Below are positions 9,083 through 18,719 of a stretch of 64,000 bases of DNA, piece after piece. Position 1 is the first letter of the stretch. Each line of letters begins with the position of its first letter. Below the pieces are notes generated by a model. That model saw only the letters and a list, made by a program, of their open reading frames with translations. It was not told where the DNA came from and ran no database searches. This DNA comes from an uncultured Verrucomicrobiota bacterium (GTDB lineage: Bacteria > Verrucomicrobiota > Verrucomicrobiia > CAZIPW01): positions 77,490 through 141,489 of the forward strand of contig CAZIRU010000001.1 of the NCBI GenBank assembly GCA_964541905.1, written 5' to 3'. The position numbers and the translations under genes were made by a program.

Positions 9083-10924
9083 ATGCGCAACGACTCCATC
9101 CGCAATATCGCCATCATCGCCCACGTCGACCATGGCAAGACGACGCTGGTGGACCGTCTTTTGCAAACGGGTGGCGTTTACCGCGCCAACCAGCAAGTCG
9201 AGGAGCGCGCCATGGATTCGATGGACCTTGAACGCGAAAAGGGAATCACCATCAAAGCCAAAAACACCTCCATCCGCTGGCACGACCGGACTCTCAACAT
9301 TGTCGATACCCCCGGGCACGCCGATTTTGGCGGCGAGGTCGAGCGTGTCCTCAAGATGGTCGATGGCGTCTTGCTTTTGGTGGACGCCTACGATGGCCCG
9401 CAGGCCCAGACGCTTTTCGTCCTCAAGAAGGCCCTGCAAAACGGTCTCCAGCCGATCGTCGTCATCAATAAAATCGATCGCCCCAACGCCGATGCCGAGA
9501 GCGCTCACAATAAAACCCTCGAGCTTTTCCTTGAGCTGGGTGCCTCCGATGAGCAGTTCAGCTGTCCTTTCGTCTTTGCCTCGGGCCGCGAAGGCTACGC
9601 CATGCACAATCTCGCCGACGAGAAAAAAGACATGACCCCCCTTTTCGAGGCCATTTTCAAATACATTCCCGCCCCCGAAGCCGATCTCGACGCCCCCTTT
9701 AAAATGCTCGTCTCAAATGTCGGCTGGGACGACTACGTTGGCCGCATTGCGCTTGGCAAGATAGCTTCCGGCTGCGTCCGCGATGGCGACACGCTTTTTT
9801 GTGCGCGCACTGATGGCACCCGCGCGCGAGGCAAGGTCACCAAGATTTTTGAATACACGGGCCTCAAAACTCACGAGTCCGGTCATGGCGAAGCCGGCAC
9901 GATCATCGGCATTGCCGGTTTTGCCGAAATTGACATTGGCGAGACCCTCATGGCCAGCGAAAGTGATACCGCCCTTCCCTTCATCCAGCTCGATCCCCCG
10001 CGCATCGAAATGTTCATTCGCGCCAATGACGGCCCGCTTTTGGGCCGCGAGGGCAAGCTGCTGACTTCCCGTCAGATCCGCGACCGTCTTTATCGCGAGC
10101 TGCGCACTAATATTTCCATCCAAGTCGAGGACACGCAAGAGTCTGGCGCCTTCCGCGTGAAGGCCCGCGGCGCCATGCAAATTGCGGTTTTGGTCGAAAC
10201 CATGCGCCGCGAGGGTTTCGAGCTCCTCGTCTCGCGTCCGGAAGTCATTACCCGCGAGGAGAATGGCGTACGGCTCGAGCCCTACGAAACCCTTTGGGCT
10301 GAGGTCCCCGACGAATGCGTGGGCGCGGTCATGCAGGCCATCGCCAACCGCAAGGGGCAGGTCCAAAACATGGGCAAGCACTCGCAAAGCGGCACCACCA
10401 TCGAGGCCAAAATCACCACTCGCGGGCTCATCGGCTTCGAGACTTTCCTCACCAACGAAACCAACGGCCGCGGCATCGCCTCCCATCTTTACGAAGGCTA
10501 CGGGCCTTTTGTGGGCGAAATTCTCACCCGCATAACGGGAACTCTTGTCTCCACCGAAACAGGAGAAGCCAATTTCTACTCTCTCCAAACCCTCCAAGAC
10601 CGCGGCCGGCTTTTCATCAAACATCAGGATGTCGTTTACGAGGGCATGATCGTGGGCGAAAACCCGCGGCAAATGGACATGCCGGTCAATCCGACCAAAA
10701 TGAAGCGCGTCACCAATGTCCGCTCCCAAGGCGAAGGCGTCAGTATTGTCATCGCCCCGCCAATCGTTTTTACGCTCGAAAAGGCCCTCGAATACATCCA
10801 GCCGGACGAATATGTCGAGGCCACGCCCAAGTCGATTCGCCTGCGCAAAAAGATCCTCAAGGCCGACCTTCGCCGCAAGACCGCCCGCGATGCCGGCAAA
10901 ACCGAAGAGCCCTTCGAGGAATAA
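9083..10924 (+). CDS. typA: Translational GTPase TypA/BipA.
   Basis: G1 motif [21 protein letters not shown] and an EF-G-like domain order. 613 aa. Confidence 0.9.
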   Translation: MRNDSIRNIAIIAHVDHGKTTLVDRLLQTGGVYRANQQVEERAMDSMDLEREKGITIKAKNTSIRWHDRTLNIVDTPGHADFGGEVERVLKMVDGVLLLVDAYDGPQAQTLFVLKKALQNGLQPIVVINKIDRPNADAESAHNKTLELFLELGASDEQFSCPFVFASGREGYAMHNLADEKKDMTPLFEAIFKYIPAPEADLDAPFKMLVSNVGWDDYVGRIALGKIASGCVRDGDTLFCARTDGTRARGKVTKIFEYTGLKTHESGHGEAGTIIGIAGFAEIDIGETLMASESDTALPFIQLDPPRIEMFIRANDGPLLGREGKLLTSRQIRDRLYRELRTNISIQVEDTQESGAFRVKARGAMQIAVLVETMRREGFELLVSRPEVITREENGVRLEPYETLWAEVPDECVGAVMQAIANRKGQVQNMGKHSQSGTTIEAKITTRGLIGFETFLTNETNGRGIASHLYEGYGPFVGEILTRITGTLVSTETGEANFYSLQTLQDRGRLFIKHQDVVYEGMIVGENPRQMDMPVNPTKMKRVTNVRSQGEGVSIVIAPPIVFTLEKALEYIQPDEYVEATPKSIRLRKKILKADLRRKTARDAGKTEEPFEE

Positions 10925-10999
10925 GAGCCCATCCCGATAGAAGAGCGTAGGCGAGGCGCGAGGATTTTTGTTTTTTAGCAAGGCTTCGGAGGAGGAAGT

Positions 11000-11049
11000 G
11001 GGCTAGAAGCCCATACTCCGGGGGAGAAACGCCGCTAAAAGACAAAAAG
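11000..11049. repeat. Copy 1 of an approximately 50-bp imperfect direct repeat starting with the hairpin GGGCTAGAAGCCC.
   Basis: GGGCTAGAAGCCC...AGAAACGCCGC..AAAA.ACAAAAG is shared with copy 2 at roughly 80% identity. Confidence 0.5.
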
Positions 11050-11197
11050 ACCGCGAGTTTCTCGTCCGCGCCAGCTAACCTATCGGAATGGGCTCTAAGA
11101 GCGTGTTTAGAATCTATTTGGCAGTATTGTTGGGATGATTTTGGCGTTTTGGCAAGGCAAGCCCCGATGAAATCGGGGTTCTTCGAGCGAGCAACAC

Positions 11198-11247
11198 GGG
11201 CTAGAAGCCCGAAATGCGAACGAGAAACGCCGCCAAAACACAAAAGC
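11198..11247. repeat. Copy 2 of the same repeat.
   Basis: Same 13-bp palindrome and the conserved AGAAACGCCGC block, 198 bp from copy 1. Confidence 0.5.
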
Positions 11248-11265
11248 GCCCAACCCGAAGGGCGC
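11246..11265 (-). terminator. Candidate intrinsic terminator for the lipase gene. On the minus strand it reads GCGCCC-ttcgggtt-GGGCGC followed by TTTTGTGTTTTGG.
   Basis: A 6-bp GC stem plus a U-rich tail, 70 nt downstream of the lipase stop. Confidence 0.4.
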
Positions 11266-11332
11266 CGCTCATTATTGTTTATCAGCAAATTATGCGGCGC
11301 AATATGGCGAAGAGATTCTGAACACGCTCTAA

Positions 11333-12376
11333 CTACCCCGAGACTTCAGCGAGTTTTGGCGCTTGCGCGATGGGCATGCTGGGATTTGCCAGCCTACTTT
11401 CAGCGATAGCCGAAAGATTTCCGGCGTAGGTTTCTATCGCGTGATCTCTAATTCCCTGCTTCCAATTCAGCCCCACACACTTGCGGAGTGTATCGGCTTC
11501 ATTTCTAATTTGCGAAAGATCGCTTTGTATATAAAAGGGAACGCCATCGTGCTTATAAGTCGTCATCTGCTCCAGAAAAGCCACAATCTTCCCTTTTTCT
11601 TCCTTTGCTGCGTTTTTTGTTCGAGCAATAATCCTCAGGGCAATCCTCAAAACCCACCCAAAAATCCCATCGCCGCAAGGCAGCGCCGGAACAATATCGC
11701 CCATATTGACAATACGATAAACAGGCGTTCTCGCATCAATATCAAGATCTTTAGTCCCCACCTGCGGCGCCCCAAACGAATATCCCGCGGCTAGGAAACC
11801 GTTGTTTTCAAATTCCCTCACGGCAAGCGCGGCGAGTGCGCCGCCCAACGAATGCCCAGTGATGTACAAGCTATGGTCGTGAAGCTTTTCTATTTCTTTC
11901 TTAACATCATCTTTTACCGCGTTAAACGCATTTAAAAAACCGCTATGAACGGCGCCGCCGGCAGACGCCTCGGTCAAGGTTGCCCACAGATCGTGGATAA
12001 TATCGTAAACTTCCTTCAACTCGCACTGAGTCCCGCGAAACGCCAAAACGGCCATTTTGTCCGACTCGCGCCGAGCAAGAAAGGCCTGGGTACACGTTTT
12101 GTTGAAAAACTTGACCATCTCAAAACCAATAGCCGACAAACTTTCGCGAATAACTTCGGGCTCCTCGTAGGAAAGCCGCGACATTTCTGCCAGTAACCAA
12201 GCCGTACGATCCGAGTATGCCGCGCGTCTAAGCGGCACCGACAAGAGCTTGGAATTCGAGAAAAACGCCTTCATATATCTATTTTTCAACCTACGAGGAA
12301 TCTTAAACCGCTTGCAAATCAATTCGCGCGATGACAGTCCAAAGCGTGGGTCTGCCATCGGCGCGTCTTGCCCCAC
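11333..12376 (-). CDS. Lipase class 3 (fungal-lipase-like alpha/beta hydrolase).
   Basis: Nucleophile elbow ITGHSLGGALAALA, the preceding beta-strand region and the downstream Asp/His region are typical of Lipase_3. Confidence 0.75.
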   Translation of the reverse strand: MGQDAPMADPRFGLSSRELICKRFKIPRRLKNRYMKAFFSNSKLLSVPLRRAAYSDRTAWLLAEMSRLSYEEPEVIRESLSAIGFEMVKFFNKTCTQAFLARRESDKMAVLAFRGTQCELKEVYDIIHDLWATLTEASAGGAVHSGFLNAFNAVKDDVKKEIEKLHDHSLYITGHSLGGALAALAVREFENNGFLAAGYSFGAPQVGTKDLDIDARTPVYRIVNMGDIVPALPCGDGIFGWVLRIALRIIARTKNAAKEEKGKIVAFLEQMTTYKHDGVPFYIQSDLSQIRNEADTLRKCVGLNWKQGIRDHAIETYAGNLSAIAESRLANPSMPIAQAPKLAEVSG

Positions 12377-12403
12377 TGCAATAGAGCGTGCTCATAAGAA
12401 TCA

Positions 12404-14380
12404 TTATTTTGACAGTCTCTTCCTCATTTCGATAAGCAAAATAGTAATATCCGTAGGATTAACCCCTGAAATCCGCTCTGCTTGCGCCAAGTTTATAGGC
12501 CTTAACTCGTTGAGCTTCAAGGCACTTTCTTTGCGAAGGCCTGGGATGTCCAAATAATCAATCTCTTGCGGAAGTTTTACACACTCCAGGGACTCTTGTT
12601 TTTGAGCCGCCCTCTCCTCGCGCTCCAAATACCCTTTGTACCGAATTCGGTATAAAACCTCTTCCTGCAATGCTACGGGCAATTTTGTAAAACCCTCAGG
12701 AAGCGCGTCCAGCCGTCCCGCCCTCTGCATCTGGGCAAATGACCCTCCTTTCGTTTTTTCACCTTCAAAGCGGCGAAGCCATTCCTCCCAAAGCCCCCTG
12801 CCCTCAGACATCTTTTCAAGCCTTTGCTTCTCAACGACTTGAGAAGCTTTTGCCGCCTCCAAAAGCCTCAGCTCTGCACTCCCATGATTTAAAAGCAAAC
12901 GATGCTCGGCACGCGAGGTAAACATTCGATAAGGCTCGCGAGTTCCCTTTGTCACTAAATCATCTATCAATACCCCAATGTATGCGGTATGTCTTTGTAA
13001 AACAATGCTTTGCAAATTTAGCGCTTTGCCGGCTGCGTTAATGCCAGCCATAAGTCCTTGAGCAGCAGCTTCTTCGTAGCCGCTCGAACCATTGATCTGC
13101 CCCGCGCAAAAGAGCCCTTCCACTACCCTACTCTCCAAAGTTGGCAGCAATTGCGTTGGCGGCGCAAAATCATACTCAACTGCATACGCCGGCCTTAAAA
13201 TTTCGGCGTGTTCAAGCCCCTTCACACTCCTGACCAAATCGACTTGGACATCAAATGGCAATGAAGTTGAAAGACCGTTTATATACCATTCGTCTGTATA
13301 CCGGCCCTCGGGCTCCAAAAATAGTCGGTGCTGGCCCTTATCTTCAAATTTTACAAATTTATCCTCAATACTTGGACAATAACGGGGACCAACACCTTGA
13401 ATCTCTCCGCCGTAAAGAGCCGAACGCTTGATATTCTTTTTTACAATTTGCTCTGTTTTTTCGGTCGTATTTGTGATCCAACACGACATTTGGTTCCAGC
13501 CAGGCGGCCAACCGCAAAGATATTCTTTTAAATGTTCCACATGGAACGAATCTTTTGAACAACGGGACTTCACATCGACTTTAAGCAAATCCATAATCAG
13601 TTTATCTGAAAGCAGATTGTTCCACGTAGAACCGCTGTCTTTTTGAATTTCTTGGAATTTTCGCGAGTCAATCCCGCGCGATTCATAAAAAGCAAAGAGA
13701 GTAGGGGACTCATCTCCTTTTTGATCAACAACTTGTGAAAAATCTATTGAAGCGCCCAAGATGCGCGCAGGCGTGCCTGTTTTGAGACGTTCAAGTTTTA
13801 TGCCTGCATCTAACAAACTACCAGACAATGTTTTAGCGCTAAAGTCTCCCAAGCGGCCGCCTTCGTTTTTATTTGTGCCGATGTGCATCAAACCACGCAA
13901 GAAAGTTCCGGTTGTGAGGACAACGGCGGGGGCATAAAAATCTAAATTGAGATTGGTTTTTACTCCAGCAACGGCGCCATTCTTCAAAATTAAACCCGTG
14001 ACAATCGCTTGAAATAAATTCAGATTTTCTTGAAGCTCAAGGATATGCTTCATTCTTATCGAGTACGCGCGCTTATCACATTGTGCACGGGGCCCTTGAA
14101 CTGCCACGCCTTTACTGGCGTTGAGGAGTCTAAATTGGATGGCTGTAAAATCGGTATTGAGCGCCATCGCACCGCCAAGCGCATCGATTTCGCGCACGAG
14201 ATTGCCCTTCGCAAGCCCGCCAATTGATGGGTTGCACGACATTTGGGCAATTGTTTCCAGGCTGCCCGTAAGCAGGAGGGTTCGTGCGCCGCGGCGTGCC
14301 GAGGCCAACGCGGCTTCGCAGCCGGCATGACCGGCGCCACAAACAATGACGTCGTAGGGATGGGAAGGGCCGAAATGCAT
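12404..14380 (-). CDS. mnmG: tRNA uridine 5-carboxymethylaminomethyl modification enzyme MnmG (GidA).
   Basis: N-terminal FAD motif DVIVCGAGHAGCEAA, NPSIGG and a conserved C-terminal domain. 658 aa. Confidence 0.9.
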   Translation of the reverse strand: MHFGPSHPYDVIVCGAGHAGCEAALASARRGARTLLLTGSLETIAQMSCNPSIGGLAKGNLVREIDALGGAMALNTDFTAIQFRLLNASKGVAVQGPRAQCDKRAYSIRMKHILELQENLNLFQAIVTGLILKNGAVAGVKTNLNLDFYAPAVVLTTGTFLRGLMHIGTNKNEGGRLGDFSAKTLSGSLLDAGIKLERLKTGTPARILGASIDFSQVVDQKGDESPTLFAFYESRGIDSRKFQEIQKDSGSTWNNLLSDKLIMDLLKVDVKSRCSKDSFHVEHLKEYLCGWPPGWNQMSCWITNTTEKTEQIVKKNIKRSALYGGEIQGVGPRYCPSIEDKFVKFEDKGQHRLFLEPEGRYTDEWYINGLSTSLPFDVQVDLVRSVKGLEHAEILRPAYAVEYDFAPPTQLLPTLESRVVEGLFCAGQINGSSGYEEAAAQGLMAGINAAGKALNLQSIVLQRHTAYIGVLIDDLVTKGTREPYRMFTSRAEHRLLLNHGSAELRLLEAAKASQVVEKQRLEKMSEGRGLWEEWLRRFEGEKTKGGSFAQMQRAGRLDALPEGFTKLPVALQEEVLYRIRYKGYLEREERAAQKQESLECVKLPQEIDYLDIPGLRKESALKLNELRPINLAQAERISGVNPTDITILLIEMRKRLSK

Positions 14381-14478
14381 AGGCTAGAGGAGGGCATTCG
14401 GCAAGGCTTCCACCACTTGCACAAGCGTGCATTATACCGAAAATCAACGCGAATGTAAAGGGCGCACCATCGTAGCTT

Positions 14479-15456
14479 TTACGGATGCGGGCTTGTCCGC
14501 GAAACCGTCCAGCCCTTGCCCGTGGCGATCGAGTCAGTAGCGGCAGTCGTTGCGTCTCCGCCCACATAAAGCGTTCCACCACTCGTCGTTGGCAACGCAT
14601 TGTAAAGCCCATTAAGATTCGTCGCGTTGGCATATAGGTTCGTCCACTGATGGACATTCAGCAGCGTAAAGCCCGAGCATGTCGCGGGGAAGGAAATCGA
14701 AGTGATAGTGTTTCCCTGCAAGCGGGCCTCCTTGAGGGCCGTACAGCCGTTAAAGTTCATTGTCGTCAGGCCGTTACTCCAACAGTCTATATTCTCAAGC
14801 GCCGTGCAAGTACTTGCGTTCAAAGAGGTGACGGAAGTCCCCGAAAACGAAAGAATCTTGAGCGCTGCGCAACCGGTAATCGTTAGAGAAGTTAGCGACG
14901 ATTGCCCGTCGCAATAAAGTTCCTCCAATAGCAAACAGCCGCTTACATTCACGGAGGTCAAGGCGTTGTTGTAGCAGTAAACCGTCTCTAAAGCCGTGCA
15001 GCCGGTCAAGTTGAGCGTCTGCAGGGCATAGTTGCCAGTGCAAAGCACATAATAAAGGTTTGAGCAGCCCGTACAATCTATGGACGTCACTGTGGTTGAG
15101 TTTCGGCAATCAAGAGATTCCAAATTGGAACAATTTGTCAAATTCAGTTCTGTAAAAGCATTTTCTGAACAGACCAAGCTCGCAAGCGCGGTACACCCGC
15201 TAAGATCAAGTTCTGCAATCTGGTTGCCGCCGCAATATAGCGTCGTTAAAGCTGTTCGATTGCTCAACTCCAACGATGAAAGCTCATTGTTTTGACAAGT
15301 GACGGCTTTCAAGTTCATACAACTATCTAAGCTCAAGTCACTTATATTGTTGTTGTCACAATAAAGCTCCTCCAGAGCGGTGCAGCCACTCACGTTGAGT
15401 GTTTCGAGGGTGTTTTGATAACAAATCACATATGTCAGGCTGGTCAATTTGCTCAA
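14479..15456 (-). CDS. Leucine-rich-repeat protein of about 14 LRR units (consensus L..L.C..N.LT.LDLSGCTAL). It probably continues upstream to 15732.
   Basis: Regular 22-24 aa repeats. The ORF-track start is TTG, and the repeat pattern and the open frame continue 92 codons further upstream with no start codon. Confidence 0.7.
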   Translation of the reverse strand: MSKLTSLTYVICYQNTLETLNVSGCTALEELYCDNNNISDLSLDSCMNLKAVTCQNNELSSLELSNRTALTTLYCGGNQIAELDLSGCTALASLVCSENAFTELNLTNCSNLESLDCRNSTTVTSIDCTGCSNLYYVLCTGNYALQTLNLTGCTALETVYCYNNALTSVNVSGCLLLEELYCDGQSSLTSLTITGCAALKILSFSGTSVTSLNASTCTALENIDCWSNGLTTMNFNGCTALKEARLQGNTITSISFPATCSGFTLLNVHQWTNLYANATNLNGLYNALPTTSGGTLYVGGDATTAATDSIATGKGWTVSRTSPHP

Positions 15457-15732
15457 GTTGAGCGCCGTTGCATTGGCGGGATGTGAATTTCCCCGTGCAT
15501 CTATGTAAGTAATATTGCCTTCGGGAGTGCTATCGGTTGCACTCTTGCAGGACCAAAAGGTCGCGTAGCGCCCCGTTATGCCACTGGACCAGTTCCAAGA
15601 GAAAATCGATGGCTCCTCGGCGTTCTCCGATTGAATGGCCCAATAACCAGTTGAACTTAAAGCGCTTATATAAATGCCTTGATCATCATTGACGGTAATG
15701 GAGCCGACTCCCGCAGCCAGATTTTCACCTTC

Positions 15733-16182
15733 CTACTCCTCTTCTTCGCCTCCAGCGGCCGCCGCCTCGGCTTGATAACCGTTATAACCGCTAAAACGGA
15801 AGGTCGCGTAGTTGCCCACGACCTGCAGACTCCGCGCAGGAATCGTCAGCGAGTTGTTCAAAAACTGGTGCACTTGCCCCGTCCAGTTGATCGGCGTTTT
15901 GAGCTGCCGGAGTACGCGGCCGATGGAGGCCCCGATGGTCAGCCCCGCCGTGCCGCCCCCTTGGGTTTTATAGCGCGTCAGCGCCTCGTTGAGCGTCGAA
16001 AGCATCACCTTTTTGGCGGTAGTTCTGGTCTCGTTCACATAGCCGACGATAAAAAATATAGCCGCCGAAACGATCATCGCAATGATCGCAACACTCATCA
16101 TAAGCTCGATCATCGTAAACGCACGCCCGTGGCGCTTTACATCGCTCCCCGTCGTCAGGCAAGTATTAAACATATACTTCAC
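15733..16182 (-). CDS. Protein with a prepilin-type N-terminal cleavage/methylation domain (type IV pilin or pseudopilin-like).
   Basis: KRHGRAFTMIELMMSVAIIAMIVS is a class III signal with a hydrophobic helix. It stops at TAG 15733-15735, in the same frame as the LRR ORF. Confidence 0.75.
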   Translation of the reverse strand: MKYMFNTCLTTGSDVKRHGRAFTMIELMMSVAIIAMIVSAAIFFIVGYVNETRTTAKKVMLSTLNEALTRYKTQGGGTAGLTIGASIGRVLRQLKTPINWTGQVHQFLNNSLTIPARSLQVVGNYATFRFSGYNGYQAEAAAAGGEEEE

Positions 16183-16289
16183 ATCATCCTGCCGCGCGCT
16201 CGTATTTTTTGCAAGCTGTTTGTGCCAAATAACAACTCGTGAATAACTCTCGCTTGTCTTTTGGGTGGGTTTGAAACTAGTATCGGTTC

Positions 16290-17777
16290 ATGCCCACGCG
16301 CGCCTCTTCGGTCAAAGTCACCCGCACTCAGGTCTCTTCGCGCCAAGCATCTTCGAGGAACGGCGCCTCGACGCGCGAGGCTATCTCCAAGATAGCCTCC
16401 GACGCCGGAGCCGATACTTCCGCGTTGGGCCGCACGCTCCCGCACAATCTCGAGGCCGAGGCGGGGCTTTTGGCGTGCCTTTTGATGGATGGCGGTCAGG
16501 AAATCATCGCCGATTGCATTGCCGAACGCCTCAATGCCGAAGCCTTCTTTCATCCCAATCACCAAATCATCTTTCAGGCCATCCTTAATCTTTACTCCAA
16601 CAACAAACCGGCCGATCTGGTGCTTTTAACCGAAGAACTCAAGTCAATGGGCCAGCTCGAGCAAGTTGGCGGGGTAGGGGCGCTTTCGGATTTTACGCGG
16701 CTGATCGAAACAACTACCCATGCCCATCATTGGCTGCAAGTCGTTCGTGATACGTATCTTCTGCGAAAACTCATCCGCACCACCACCAACGTAGCCGAGC
16801 GCGCCTATAGCTATGACGGCGAACTGCCCACCTTCATCGAAGAGGTCGAGCAGACGATTTTTTCGATCTCCGAAGAGCGCTTGAGCGATGGCGGACACCC
16901 TGTCGGCGAGGCCGTTGATCGAGCCAGCCTCCAAATTCAGCAGCTTATTCAGGGCCGCGGCACCATTCAGGGGCTCGTGACCGGCTTTACCGATATTGAC
17001 CGGATGACCTTCGGACTCCACCCGCAGGAGATGATTGTCCTGGCCGCACGTCCCTCGGTGGGTAAGACCTCGTTTGCGCTTAATGTCGCCGAGAATGTCG
17101 TTTTGCCCGCGCGCGCCGACCGCGCCGCCACACCCACCCTTTTCTTTTCGCTCGAAATGGGCGCCGACCAGCTGGCCATGCGGCTTTTGTGCTCGCATGC
17201 GCGCGTGCGGATGGGCCGGCTGCGCGACGGCTTTATCGACGGAGGCGAGCAAAAATCGCTCGCCCAATCTGCGGCGGCCCTCAAGGCGGCCCCTTTGTGG
17301 ATTGACGATTCAGGTTATCTTACCATCCTCGAACTGCGCGCCAAGGCCCGCCGAATGCACGCCAAAAACAAGGTGGGGCTTATCGTTATCGATTATTTGC
17401 AGCTCATCTCCGGTACCGATCCGCGCGTCCCCCGCGAACAACAGATCGCTGAAATTTCTCGCGGCATCAAGGCTATGGCCAAGGAACTTCATATCCCCGT
17501 CATCGTGCTTTCCCAGCTTAACCGCGAGAGCGAGCGCGAAAAGCGTCGTCCGCGCATCTCCGACTTGAGAGAGTCGGGCTCCATCGAACAGGATGCCGAC
17601 GTGGTAATGCTCCTTTCGCGCAAGGTGGATGACGGCGAAGGCGAGTTTCAGGGTGAGGATAACTCTCGCGAGCTTATCATCGCCAAACAGCGCAATGGCC
17701 CGATCGGCACCGTGCCGCTGACGTTCCTGCCAGACCTCACGCGTTTCGAGAACTTTGCACAAACGACTGGCGAATAG
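16290..17777 (+). CDS. dnaB: Replicative DNA helicase DnaB.
   Basis: LPHNLEAEAGLL, Walker A ARPSVGKTSFALN, and the IVIDYLQL and SQLNRE motifs. There is an N-terminal Ser/Arg-rich extension of about 50 aa. Confidence 0.9.
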   Translation: MPTRASSVKVTRTQVSSRQASSRNGASTREAISKIASDAGADTSALGRTLPHNLEAEAGLLACLLMDGGQEIIADCIAERLNAEAFFHPNHQIIFQAILNLYSNNKPADLVLLTEELKSMGQLEQVGGVGALSDFTRLIETTTHAHHWLQVVRDTYLLRKLIRTTTNVAERAYSYDGELPTFIEEVEQTIFSISEERLSDGGHPVGEAVDRASLQIQQLIQGRGTIQGLVTGFTDIDRMTFGLHPQEMIVLAARPSVGKTSFALNVAENVVLPARADRAATPTLFFSLEMGADQLAMRLLCSHARVRMGRLRDGFIDGGEQKSLAQSAAALKAAPLWIDDSGYLTILELRAKARRMHAKNKVGLIVIDYLQLISGTDPRVPREQQIAEISRGIKAMAKELHIPVIVLSQLNRESEREKRRPRISDLRESGSIEQDADVVMLLSRKVDDGEGEFQGEDNSRELIIAKQRNGPIGTVPLTFLPDLTRFENFAQTTGE

Positions 17778-17829
17778 GCATTTTCTTTAAACTTGCCCCG
17801 CGACTACTTTTTGTTTACAGTTTGCTCTC

Positions 17830-18714
17830 ATGTCGCTTTTCGACAAGCCCCAGTATACAAAGGTTCTTATCAAAAAGAAGGACCTGCCGCGCAATCTTTA
17901 CACGCGCTGCCCCATCTCTGGAGAAATCGTTTATACCAAGGAAATAGAGAAAAACTACTGGATTGTTCCCAAAAGCGGCTACCACTTTCCGCTGGGCGCC
18001 GACCGCAGAATTGAACTGCTTATCGACAAAGACACTTGGAAGGGTTTTGACGACAATCTGGTGTCCTCGGATCCACTTAAATTCAAGGGACTGGCTACCT
18101 ATGCCAGCAAAATCAAAGATTACACAGCAAAAACCGGCATGAATGACGCCGTTTTGGCAGGCGTTGGCGAGCTTGACGGGATGGAAATCAGCCTCGCGGT
18201 GATGGATTTCCGTTTCCTCGGGGGCAGCATGGGAAGTGTGGTCGGCGAAATTATTACCCGCGCTATCGAACGGGCGATTGAAAAGGAAATACCCATGGTC
18301 ATTGTCTGCAACTCGGGTGGAGCACGCATGTATGAAGGGATTCTTTCACTTATGCAAATGGCCAAAACCTCTGCAGCTCTTGCGCGCCTCGATGATAAGC
18401 GTCTGCCCTATGTGGCGGTATTGACTGACCCGACCACCGCAGGAGTTTCGGCAAGTTTTGCCACATTAGGCGATGTTATTATTGCTGAACCGGGAGCGAT
18501 GGTCGGCTTTGCGGGCCCCCGCGTGATTAAAGAAACGACCAACGAAGAGCTGCCTGAAGGCTTTCAAACTGCGGAATTTTTGCTTGATAAGGGCCTTGTC
18601 GACGCCATTGTACCTCGTTTGGAAATGAAAGCATGGATTAGCCACTATCTTCACGCGACACACAAGGGCCGCCACCCTGAAGAGCCCAAGAGCGAGGCCA
18701 AGGCAGAGGGGTAG
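17830..18714 (+). CDS. accD: Acetyl-CoA carboxylase carboxyltransferase beta subunit AccD.
   Basis: GGSMGSVVGE and a conserved CT-beta core. The N-terminal zinc-finger cysteines are mostly absent. Confidence 0.9.
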   Translation: MSLFDKPQYTKVLIKKKDLPRNLYTRCPISGEIVYTKEIEKNYWIVPKSGYHFPLGADRRIELLIDKDTWKGFDDNLVSSDPLKFKGLATYASKIKDYTAKTGMNDAVLAGVGELDGMEISLAVMDFRFLGGSMGSVVGEIITRAIERAIEKEIPMVIVCNSGGARMYEGILSLMQMAKTSAALARLDDKRLPYVAVLTDPTTAGVSASFATLGDVIIAEPGAMVGFAGPRVIKETTNEELPEGFQTAEFLLDKGLVDAIVPRLEMKAWISHYLHATHKGRHPEEPKSEAKAEG

Positions 18715-18719
18715 GGGGC

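Larger units (their letters stand above)
14479..16182 (-). pseudogene. Possible single pilin-N-terminus plus LRR fusion gene interrupted by one in-frame TAG. The alternatives are a nonsense mutation, a sequencing error, or read-through.
   Basis: One frame runs from 16182 to 14479 with a single stop. The 92 intervening codons look protein-like and LRR-like and contain no ATG, GTG or TTG. Confidence 0.4.

Noticed and set aside
8927-9607. 226-aa ORF on the minus strand
   Set aside because: Overlaps tRNA-Arg and is antisense to the typA G-domain.
9713-10981. 422-aa ORF on the minus strand
   Set aside because: Entirely antisense to the unambiguous typA gene and rich in Gly/Ala/Arg, a typical high-GC antisense artefact.
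15679-16242. 187-aa ORF on the plus strand
   Set aside because: Antisense to the prepilin-type gene, whose class III signal sequence is unmistakable.
16644-17267. 207-aa ORF on the minus strand
   Set aside because: Antisense to dnaB.
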